Assembly: GCF_964355755.1 (NCBI RefSeq)
Contig: NC_092678.1
Coordinates: 1,380,422-1,444,421, forward strand
Length of the DNA stretch: 64,000 nucleotides
Reading direction: 5' to 3'
DNA from: Antedon mediterranea
Taxonomy: Eukaryota > Animalia > Echinodermata
Positions 1 through 10,117 of this stretch are shown piece by piece. The notes beneath the pieces were generated by a model. The model saw nothing but the letters and a program-made list of their open reading frames with translations, made no database searches and was not told the DNA's origin. Every line of letters begins with the position of its first letter. The stretch's first letter is position 1. The translations under genes and the position numbers were made by a program.

Positions 1-40
1 AAGGATTTAAGTGCAAAGCAAGTGAATATAGGAATGACAG

Positions 41-2238
41 ATGACAGTTTTGATAACCCATTAGTGTTGTGATTGGTGCGCTTATACCCTTGTGCCCTTG
101 CATGACAGTTTTGATAACCCATTAGTGTTGTGATTGGTGCGCTTATGCCCTTGCGCCCTTGCATGACAGTTTTGATAACCCATTAGTGTTGTGATTGGTG
201 CGCTTATGCCCTTGTGCCCTTGCATGACAGTTTTGATAACCCATTAGTGTTGTGATTGGTGCGCTTATGCCCTTGCGCCCTTGCATGACAGTTTTGACAA
301 CCCATTAGTGTTGTGATTGGTGCGCTTATACCCTTGCGCCCTTGCATGACAGTTTTGATAACCCATTAGTGTTGTGATTGGTGCGCTTATACCCTTGTGC
401 CCTTGCATGACAGTTTTGATAACCCATTAGTGTTGTGATTGGTGCGCTTATACCCTTGTGCCCTTGCATGACAGTTTTGATAACCCATTAGTGTTGTGAT
501 TGGTGCGCTTATGCCCTTGTGCCCTTGCATGACAGTTTTGATAACCCATTAGTGTTGTGATTGGTGCGCTTATACCCTTGTGCCCTTGCATGACAGTTTT
601 GATAACCCATTAGTGTTGTGATTGGTGCGCTTATGCCCTTGCGCCCTTGCATGACAGTTTTGATAACCCATTAGTGTTGTGATTGGTGCGCTTATACCCT
701 TGCGCCCTTGCATGACAGTTTTGATAACCCATTAGTGTTGTGATTGGTGCGCTTATGCCCTTGTGCCCTTGCATGACAGTTTTGATAACCCATTAGTGTT
801 GTGATTGGTGCGCTTATGCCCTTGTGCCCTTGCATGACAGTTTTGATAACCCATTAGTGTTGTGATTGGTGCGCTTATGCCCTTGCGCCCTTGCATGACA
901 GTTTTGATAACCCATTAGTGTTGTGATTGGTGCGCTTATGCCCTTGTGCCCTTGCATGACAGTTTTGATAACCCATTAGTGTTGTGATTGGTGCGCTTAT
1001 GCCCTTGCGCCCTTGCATGACAGTTTTGATAACCCATTAGTGTTGTGATTGGTGCGCTTATACCCTTGTGCCCTTGAATGACAGTTTTGATAATCCATTA
1101 GTGTTGTGATTGGTGCGCTTATGCCCTTGTGCCCTTGCATGACAGTTTTGATAACCCATTAGTGTTGTGATTGGTGCGCTTATGCCCTTGTGCCCTTGCA
1201 TGACAGTTTTGATAACCCATTAGTGTTGTGATTGGTGCGCTTATGCCCTTGTGCCCTTGCATGACAGTTTTGATAACCCATTAGTGTTGTGATTGGTGCG
1301 CTTATACCCTTGTGCCCTTGCATGACAGTTTTGATAACCCATTAGTGTTGTGATTGGTGCGCTTATGCCCTTGTGCCCTTGCATGACAGTTTTGATAACC
1401 CATTAGTGTTGTGATTGGTGCGCTTATGCCCTTGTGCCCTTGCATGACAGTTTTGATAACCCATTAGTGTTGTGATTGGTGCGCTTATACCCTTGTGCCC
1501 TTGCATGACAGTTTTGATAACCCATTAGTGTTGTGATTGGTGCGCTTATGCCCTTGTGCCCTTGCATGACAGTTTTGATAACCCATTAGTGTTGTGATTG
1601 GTGCGCTTATGCCCTTGTGCTTTTGCATGACAGTTTTGATAACCCATTAGTGTTGTGATTGGTGCGCTTATGCCCTTGTGCCCTTGCATGACAGTTTTGA
1701 TAACCCATTAGTGTTGTGATTGGTGCGCTTATGCCCTTGTGCCCTTGCATGACAGTTTTGATAACCCATTAGTGTTGTGATTGGTGCGCTTATGCCCTTG
1801 TGCCCTTGCATGACAGTTTTGATAACCCATTAGTGTTGTGATTGGTGCGCTTATGCCCTTGTGCCCTTGCATGACAGTTTTGATAAACCATTAGTGTTGT
1901 GATTGGTGCGCTTATACCCTTGTGCCCTTGCATGACAGTTTTGATAACCCATTAGTGTTGTGATTGGTGCGCTTATGCCCTTGTGCCCTTGCATGACAGT
2001 TTTGATAACCCATTAGTGTTGTGATTGGTGCGCTTATGCCCTTGTGCCCTTGCCTGACAGTTTTGATAACCCATTAGTGTTGTGATTGGTGCGCTTATGC
2101 CCTTGCGCCCTTGCATGACAGTTTTGATAACCCATTAGTGTTGTGATTGGTGCGCTTATACCCTTGTGCCCTTGCATGACAGTTTTGATAACCCATTAGT
2201 GTTGTGATTGGTGCGCTTATACCCTTGCGCCCTTGCAT
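41..2238. repeat. 61-bp tandem satellite, ~36 copies (ATGACAGTTTTGATAACCCATTAGTGTTGTGATTGGTGCGCTTAT[G/A]CCCTTG[T/C]GCCCTTGC)
   Basis: Period read directly (unit starts at 41, 102, 163, ...). Variation is mainly at two sites. Confidence 0.98.
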
Positions 2239-3017
2239 TGCGTCCAATTGTGAACCAACCTTACTAGAGAATATTCCCAGTATCTATAACACGTAACGCA
2301 AACATTTACAATAAAACAGTAAAGAAGTTTATCATACTGTTTTTGCGTTACTTTTATTTTCTGGAAGAAAGTTAATGAACTATCATCATCAAAATGTCAA
2401 AGTTTTTTCTCAGGTTGTTTGAAATAATTAATCACGTTGTGTTAGAGTGCAAGCATTTATTTTATTACTTAATATTATTTATTCAAACATTGTTTTTAAT
2501 AATTAATTTTTTGTGCATTAGATTTTTGAAATTTGAATTTTTAAATTGTTTTCTTTTAGAACCACACACCAGACCTTGGAGGACAGGCGACGACCAGAGA
2601 AGTTATACAAAGTATTATAGATGTTATAAGCCAGGCTAGCAAAGGAGCGCATGTTATCTAGCTACAATTTTAATAACTAAGTACAGTACAGTGAGTATTA
2701 AGAGTTACTACTATGAATAGTGTAAATGTAAAAATTATTCTACTGCAGGTACTTCAGTAACAGCATTTTGTTTACTTTTTAACCTGTTTATGCAATTATT
2801 TAGCAAGCGTTTATTTCTTTTCTGCCTTGTAAACTTGCATTGAAAGAAAAGTAAAATCATATATTATTGTATTTTTTTGCAAAATTGAAATAACTGCAGG
2901 AGCATAATTTTGACATGATCCATTTGGGAGCTAAGTTAGTCAGATGTTTTGGCCTCCTCTCACATAATTGTAGTGATTGCTCAATACATTGAGAACACTT
3001 TTGAAAAAATAGTTCTT

Positions 3018-3079
3018 GGTTAGGACTTGAACCAACCACCTCCAGATCCCTAGGCTTGTGTTTATACCTGTAGACTGCA
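3018..3079 (-). pseudogene. Degenerate tRNA-like or SINE-head fragment
   Basis: Minus strand has B-box GGTTCAAGTCC inside a T-stem-like GGTTGG/CCTAACC and a weak upstream A-box. No intact cloverleaf. Confidence 0.3.
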
Positions 3080-3324
3080 AATCTTGCGCTGATAGCTAGG
3101 GTTAGATAGAGCAAAATAGCTATTCTTATTTAGAGTATTGTGTCTATACTGTAGTAATGCAAAGGACCATCATTAACTATTTCATTGCCAGATTAGTTCA
3201 GGTGGTCATTAGATAGAGGTTGCAATATCAAGGTAAGTGTACAGACATTTCTGATGTGTATAGAATATTTAAGTAAATTAACACGTTTGTTGTTTTGAAG
3301 TTTTCATTTTTAAATACAGTACAG

Positions 3325-3568
3325 CATGGGGTTCTCAACAGGCGGCCCTCGAGCCAAATGAGTGCATATGTATGGCCCCGCGAAAAGCTGAGAAGTACTG
3401 CCAAAAAAAATAATAAATTAGTGTTTAAAATAGTTTTTAATGTTCTTAAAAACCACAAGATTCAAAGGCTTCATCCATGGTCTCCTTAACTATGTTCTAT
3501 ACCTGGCCCGCAAAATTACTTGTAACTTACAATGTGACTCACGTTAGATAATTGTTGAGAACTCCCTG
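3325..3568. mobile_element. hAT (Charlie-like) MITE
   Basis: Terminal inverted repeats CATGGGGTTCTCAAC / GTTGAGAACTCCCTG and internal GGCCC(G)C motifs typical of hAT MITEs. No exact TSD. Confidence 0.6.
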
Positions 3569-4601
3569 CTGTAGTCACTTACTCACTATCTTGAATAATT
3601 CATGTTCAAGAACTTGTTGAGCACATGCACAAAACACAGTTGATATTTTATTATAAATTAATTGGCACAATTTTATTTTTGTTCAATATTGTTATTGTTG
3701 AAAATTATAATTACTATATTTACAATATAATTATTGTCAGTTTTGAAGGAGTTACATACAGTGTAATCTTTATATCATGGAGAAAGAAGTATTTATTACA
3801 TCATAAACATATTAAGTGGCACACACATTTTTTTTTAATGTATGTGAAAAAAAAAATATAATATTGATTACAAATAAAGTTTATGAATATCTAATCTAAG
3901 ATTTTCTAGAAAAAAATAAAAAAACGTGGACATTGAGATCTAAATTTCAGATCTCAAGATCATTAACTTCCAAAGTTATTTATTTACGTTATTAATGTAA
4001 CTTGTATAATAATTATGTCTATGTAATGTGTTTGAAAGCTTAAAAACATATATATATCCGAGTTTCGTAGATGAAATAAGTTAAAAGCTAAAAAATCTCA
4101 GATTCCAAGATCTAGAAAGCTGGGGAAGAATATAAACGCATATTGATAGAAAGTTTGCCATGCAAACCTTCAAACGATATAAGCGCACTAAAATCTAAAC
4201 TCTGTGTATAAGCTGTTGTTGTTTGAAAACCTTTATAGAATAAATGTTTTTTGAGCATTATAGTAGAATTTAAGTGCAGGTATGCTTCAAGTTCAGCTTA
4301 AGCGATTAAAACTGTGAGAAAAATAAATATAGGACTTATTTTAAGTAATTTTTAAAATAGATTAATCTGAAAATAGCGATACATCTATCAACTGAAATTA
4401 TTGAGGTCTGAGTTTGTGAGACAACCCAGCTAATTAAAAAACAAATCTGAATTATTTTGTAATTAAGTAGGTCACAAACATTATATAGGTCAACGTATAT
4501 TTTAAATTGAATGTTCTTGTTCTACTACATGAGTTGAATGAGAAATATGTGTGGTTGCTAAAATACAGTGTAAAATGCTATTTATAATTAATAGTATTTA
4601 A

Positions 4602-4735
4602 AGCTCTGTCTACACTATCAAAATTTATCTGAGAAAAATGTAATGTGCCCATGGACATGATGATGTCATATCACTACCATATTTGGTCACATCACACTCT
4701 TTTTGTCAAACTAGTTTGATAGTGTAGACAGTGCT
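4602..4735. mobile_element. MITE family B (PIF/Harbinger-like, TIR AGCTCTGTCTACACTATCAAA)
   Basis: TIRs at both ends flanked by TAA/TTA. The family recurs about 10 times in the window. Confidence 0.85.
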
Positions 4736-5187
4736 TTAGTCTAATAATGTGTGAGAAGAGATAATATATAAAAAACATTTTGTGAATCTTTGCAAGTTTT
4801 ACATTTGTTTTGAATAATTTATAAATATATTCACTTATTTTTAAACTGAACGTTTCCTTATATTAAATTAATTATGCTTAAATATGAATAATTGACTAAT
4901 GTTTATAAAATATTCATCGAATTTCAAATGGATGAGAATTAAATGAGATAGTATTTTAAAGTAATGACGTCATTTACAAGGCGTTAAGAGGAAAGTAACT
5001 CAAAGCAAAATAAAACAAAGGTTCTTTTGTATCTAACAATAATTTTTATGGAACAATTTAATTATTTTAAAATTATTTAAAATATCACCTCTTGTTCTGA
5101 AAGTCGTCGCGCGACCCAAGTAGATTTTACCTTAATGAGTATGCCATGTTTGAACAGTAGAGCCCCAGGTGGACTCCCCCGGACTCA

Positions 5188-5818
5188 AGAAAGTGTCCCC
5201 TTAATAGGGCTGCCGTAGACATAGACATCTAGTTTCGTTTCATGAGAAAGTTTCCTATTATTAGGGCTCCTGTAGACATATGTAGTTTCGTTTAATGAGA
5301 AAGTGTCCTATTAACAGGGCTGCCGTAGACATAGATATCTAGTTTCCTTTCATGAGAAAGTTTCCTATTATTAGGGCTCCTGTAGACATAATATGTAGTT
5401 TCGTTTAATGAGAAAGTTTCCTATTAACAGGGCTGCCGTAGACATAGATATCTAGTTTCCTTTCATGAGAAAGTTTCCTATTATTAGGGCTCTTGTAGAC
5501 ATATGTAGTTTCGTTTAATGAGAAAGTGTCCTATTAACAGGGCTGCCGTAGACATAGATATCTAGTTTCCTTTTATGAGAAAGTTTCCTATTATTAGGGC
5601 TCTTGTAGACATATGTAGTTTCGTTTAATGAGAAATTGTCCTATTAACAGGACTGCCGTAGACATAGATATCTAGTTTCGTTTCATGAGAAAGTTTCCTA
5701 TTATTAGGGCTCCTGTAGACATATGTAGTTTCGTTTAATGACAAAGTGTCCTATTAACAGGGCTGCCGTAGACATAGATATCTAGTTTCGTTTGATGAGA
5801 AAGTGTCCTATTAATAGG
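5188..5818. repeat. 110-bp dimeric tandem repeat (57+53-bp subunits, ~5.6 dimers)
   Basis: TGCCGTAGAC recurs at 5211, 5321, 5434, 5544, 5654 and 5764. The alternating subunits are mutually homologous. Confidence 0.92.
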
Positions 5819-7204
5819 ATGTCCCCTGTATTTTTGTTTTTAGAATTTGGTTTTACTATGCTCCTAACCTGTCTTGGTAAAACTTCAAAATCAGGAAAAA
5901 TCATAGAAATTTTGCTATAAATGGGCAAGGAAATTTAGTAAAATAAATTGCATGAAATGCATTTACCGATATCGTCAGCGAATACGTTTTCTTTGACCTA
6001 TCCGCCCCGTGTGTTAAGATTCGAGGGCAGGGTAAATTATTCATTGTTTGCCTTTTAAGACGCGTGAAATATTTCCTAACTTCTTGAATAATATAAAATA
6101 CTTGCAAACTAATTATACGCGGTCAAAAACCTTGTACATTGAATATATGATATAGACAAAATTACTCCCGCTCTTCTCTTGTATGAGTGGCGGATCCAGG
6201 ATTTTGAAATAGTTAACCCAGGGCCTAAAAGAATCTTGAATCCGTCCCTTGACTTAGTGAATTTCACTCTTCCCTGATTGAATGTCCGCAGAATACGAAT
6301 TGGCCATATTTTTAAAACCAGGCCTGCACTTTCTTTATTAAAATGGTGTTCCTTGAATAGAGGAGTGCCAATTGAGGGGTTCAATTGTACTACTGCTGTA
6401 TTAAAATTGTCACAACGGTACCTTTAAAATCCTCTAAAATGTCCATGATTTATTTTCATGCACATACGTAAACTGTATATTACTCTACCTTTAAAATCCT
6501 CACAAACGCCTGCGTATTACTGTTCTAGATTGTTTTACAGTTTTCATTGAAGAAATTGATCTCGTCTACTTTTCATGAAAATGTTTTGGAGCAAAACACC
6601 TTTGTTAGTATTAATGTTCCATGAAATGTCAACTACTTACAGTATATTGCGAGTAATATTTCTTTATTCGCTTTTAATTTTCAAAAATGTATAACACAAG
6701 ATCAAAGGTAATTTTTAAGTATGCCGAACATGCGATGCATTTTTGTGATAACGCTTACCTAGAAATTAAATTGGCCACAGCGATTATAAAAACACTTTTG
6801 GTATGAAAAAATGTATGTCAGATGTCATCATTAATAAGACAGACGCTGTCGGTGTATTGTTGCGATTATTAGGACAGTACTTTTTGGTGGGTTCATTTTC
6901 ATTCATTTTATTTGATCAAAATCAATCTCAATAACAATAATACAAGAAAAAATACACAGAACAACAAGATTACAAGCAATACAGTCTATAAATGAGAGTT
7001 AAAATGAGTATAAAATCTCAAAATTAAACATTTTTCCCAAAAAATGGTATAAAATTTCAACAAACGTTTATACAATTATTTTAAAGATACCTGTGAATTA
7101 AACCTGTGTCCTTTAAACAAAAGTTTAAAGGACACTACGTCTTTCTTTTATCCATTGTATTTTCTCACCTCGTTTTACCCCTATTGTCTTCCGTCTTTCA
7201 TCGC

Positions 7205-7276
7205 GGCTCGGTGGCCAAGTGGTAAGGCGTCTGTCTCGTAAACAGAAGATCATGGGTTCAAACCCCATTCGGGCCT
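7205..7276 (+). tRNA. trnT-CGT: tRNA-Thr(CGT), first copy of cluster
   Basis: 72-nt cloverleaf with anticodon stem TCTGT/ACAGA and loop CTCGTAA, A box TGGCCAAGTGG, B box GGTTCAAACCC, followed by a T-run. Closely resembles metazoan tRNA-Thr(CGT). Confidence 0.95.
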
Positions 7277-7388
7277 ATTTTTTATGGAGATTTTTAGTAA
7301 CAAATTATCTATTTTAATGTTGTTTTATTCTGGAAGTTACCTTACTTTTGGATGATTTGTTCTGTCGATGTTTAAAATATTTTGTCGC

Positions 7389-7460
7389 GGCTCGGTGGCC
7401 AAGTGGTAAGGCGTCTGTCCCGTAAACAGAAGATAATGGGTTCAACCCCCATTCGGGCGT
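7389..7460 (+). pseudogene. tRNA-Thr(CGT) degenerate copy
   Basis: U33C, T-loop change and 3' acceptor GGGCGT. Confidence 0.75.
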
Positions 7461-7580
7461 ATATTTTATGGCGGTTTTTAGTGAAAAATTGTCTATTTTA
7501 ATGTTGTTTTATCTTAGAACTTACCATAGGCCTATTTCTCGATGGTTTGTTTTCTATCGATGTTTAAAATACTTTATCGT

Positions 7581-7652
7581 GGCTCGGTGGCCAAGTGGTA
7601 AGGCGTCTGTCTCGTAAACAGAAGATCATGGGTTCAAACCCCATTCGGGCCA
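7581..7652 (+). tRNA. trnT-CGT: tRNA-Thr(CGT), discriminator A
   Basis: Intact cloverleaf ending GGGCCA, followed by a T-run. Confidence 0.85.
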
Positions 7653-7735
7653 ATTTTTTATGCTGTTAGTGTCAAATAAATTAAATATGTATTTTGATAA
7701 TTGTTTGAATTTTTAATATTAGTGTTCTTCGTGGC

Positions 7736-7807
7736 GGCTCGGTGGCCAAGTAGTAATGCGTCTGTCTCGTAAACAGGAGTTCATGGGGTCAAACCCCATT
7801 CGGGTGT
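7736..7807 (+). pseudogene. tRNA-Thr(CGT) pseudogene
   Basis: Multiple substitutions in the D-loop, the B box (GGGTCAAAC) and the acceptor stem. Confidence 0.8.
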
Positions 7808-7919
7808 AATTTTTATGCAATTTGTTTTGAAAAATTACCTATTTTAATATTGGTTTATCTTGAAAGTTAAACTTATTTCCCGATGGTTTGATTTATCGAT
7901 ATTTAGGTAACTTCAGCAC

Positions 7920-7991
7920 GGCTCGGTGGCCAAGTGGTAAGGCGTCTGTCTCGTAAACAGAAGATCATGGGTTCAAACCCCATTCGGGCCT
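7920..7991 (+). tRNA. trnT-CGT: tRNA-Thr(CGT)
   Basis: Intact consensus copy with T5 terminator. Confidence 0.92.
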
Positions 7992-8072
7992 AATTTTTAT
8001 CCCGTTTAGTCAAATAAATTATGTATTTCGATAATATTGTTTAACTTATTAATATTTGCGTCCATTCCTGAC

Positions 8073-8144
8073 GGCTCGGTGGCCAAGTGGTAAGGCGTCT
8101 GTCTCGTAAACAGAAGATCATGGGTTCAAACCCCATTCGGGCCT
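8073..8144 (+). tRNA. trnT-CGT: tRNA-Thr(CGT)
   Basis: Intact consensus copy with T5 terminator. Confidence 0.92.
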
Positions 8145-8223
8145 AATTTTTATGCCGTTTAGTCAAATAGATTATGTATTTCGATAATTGTTTAAATTAT
8201 TAATATTTGTGTCCATTCCTGAC

Positions 8224-8309
8224 GGCTCGGTGGCCAAGTGGTAAAGTGCCTGTCTCGTAAAGCGCCTGTCTCGTAAACAGAATCATGGATTCAAACCCCA
8301 TTCGGACCT
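8224..8309 (+). pseudogene. tRNA-Thr pseudogene with internally duplicated anticodon arm
   Basis: GCCTGTCTCGTAAA occurs twice; B box changed to GATTCAAAC. Confidence 0.85.
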
Positions 8310-8385
8310 AATTTTTATGCCGTTTAGTCAAATAAATTATGTATTTCGATTGTTTAAATTATTAATATTTGTGTCCATTTCTGAC

Positions 8386-8457
8386 GGCTCGGTGGCCAAG
8401 TGGTAAGGCGTCTGTCTCGTAAACAGAAGATCATGGGTTCAAACCCCATTCGGGCCT
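8386..8457 (+). tRNA. trnT-CGT: tRNA-Thr(CGT)
   Basis: Intact consensus copy. Confidence 0.88.
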
Positions 8458-9293
8458 AATTTATGCATTTTTAATTTATTTAATTAATTTAATTGATTAA
8501 TTACATTCATCTATTCTACTACTTTATATTAATTGGTTATTCTTCCAGCAGTTCAAGTTATTGCACTTTCCGATGTAAAACACGCCAATTAGTATTAACA
8601 TTTCACTGCGTACAATTTACTTTACGAATTAACCATCTCCGATGAAAGAATTTTCCATGATTACTTTTCATGCAGGCATAAGAAAAGCGTAAATTTTTCA
8701 CCCACAAATAACTTGCATTGGTCAATCGTAATAGTCAACTCGATGGTCAAATTGATTCAATATTCGAAAGTACTTCATTCTCGTTACGGTCTATCTGGTA
8801 TTCATCCAGTCTGAGAAATCTGAATTGTCCAGAACCAGGCAAGATAATTTCACTCTTCCCTGCTATTAAACGTTTTCATTATTTGGGAATCGCATTATCG
8901 TAAATTCGTTTATTCATTACGGTACCCGTATATACGGTCGAGTATTATCGACATTGCGTGTCTGCTATTCCAACGGGATTACTTAAATTATATTAAATGT
9001 TTAGGCTTATTATCGTTAAAGATGATTCCTCCTGTCTGAGGAACATTATCTATTGTTTTTTAAATTATAATCAGCGTTCATTTGGAGGCATTTGTCTATT
9101 CTCAATTTAGATTGTAATAATCTCTGTTTTGTTTGTTAATGGTAGATTCCCCTTTTCCGCGTCAATGTTTATAATTTGTTTTGAAATAATAAAGACAGTA
9201 ATTATATTTTTTAAATTATTATAATTACCTTAAAGAATTGAAGATATTTAATTTAATTTGCTTTGTTCCATCGTTGATTAAAGTCCTTCCCGC

Positions 9294-10019
9294 GGCTCGG
9301 TGGCCAAGTGGTAAGGCGTCTGTCTCGTAAACAGAAGATCATGGATTCAAACCCCATTCGGGCCTAATTTTTATGCAATTTTTTTTGACAAATTACCTAT
9401 TTTAATATTGGTTTATCTTGAAAGTTAAACTTATTTCTCGATGGCTTGATCTAGCGATATTTGTGTAACTTCAGCACGGCTCGGTGACCAAGTGGTAAGG
9501 CGTCTGTCTCGTAAACAGAAGATCATGGGTTCAAACCCCATTCGGGCCTAATTTTTATGCAATTTGTTTTGACAAATTACCTGTTTTAATATATGGTTTT
9601 ATCTTGAAAGTTAAACTTATTTCTCGATGGCTTGATCTATCGATATTTGAGTAACTTCAAGCACGGCTCGGTGGCCAAGTGGTAAGGCGTCTGTCTCGTA
9701 AACAGAAGATCATGGGTTCAAACAATTTTTATGCCGTTTAGTCAAATAAATTATGTATTTCGATAAATTATTTATATTTGTGTCCCTTTCTGACGGCTGG
9801 GTGGCCAAGTGGTAAGGCGTCTGTCTCGTAAACAGAAGATCATGGGTTCAAACCCCATTCGGGCCTAATTTTTATGCTGTTTTGTCAAATAAATGATGTA
9901 GTCCGATAATTGTTTAAATTATTAATAATTTTGTGTCCCTTCCCGACGGCTCGGTGGCCAAGTGGTAAGGCGTCTGTCTCGTAAACAGAAGATCATGGGT
10001 TCAAACCCCATTCTGGCCT
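9294..10019 (+). pseudogene. Second block of five tRNA-Thr(CGT) copies (9294, 9478, 9665, 9795, 9948), each carrying a lesion
   Basis: Lesions are G53A, G10A, 3' truncation after TTCAAAC, C5G and G68T respectively. Confidence 0.8.
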
Positions 10020-10117
10020 AACTTTTGGCACTCTGATAAATGTTAGTATTGTTTTTTTGTGAAAGTTAAATTATTTCTCGGTGGTTGGATCTATCGACAT
10101 TTGAGGTCTTACATTCC

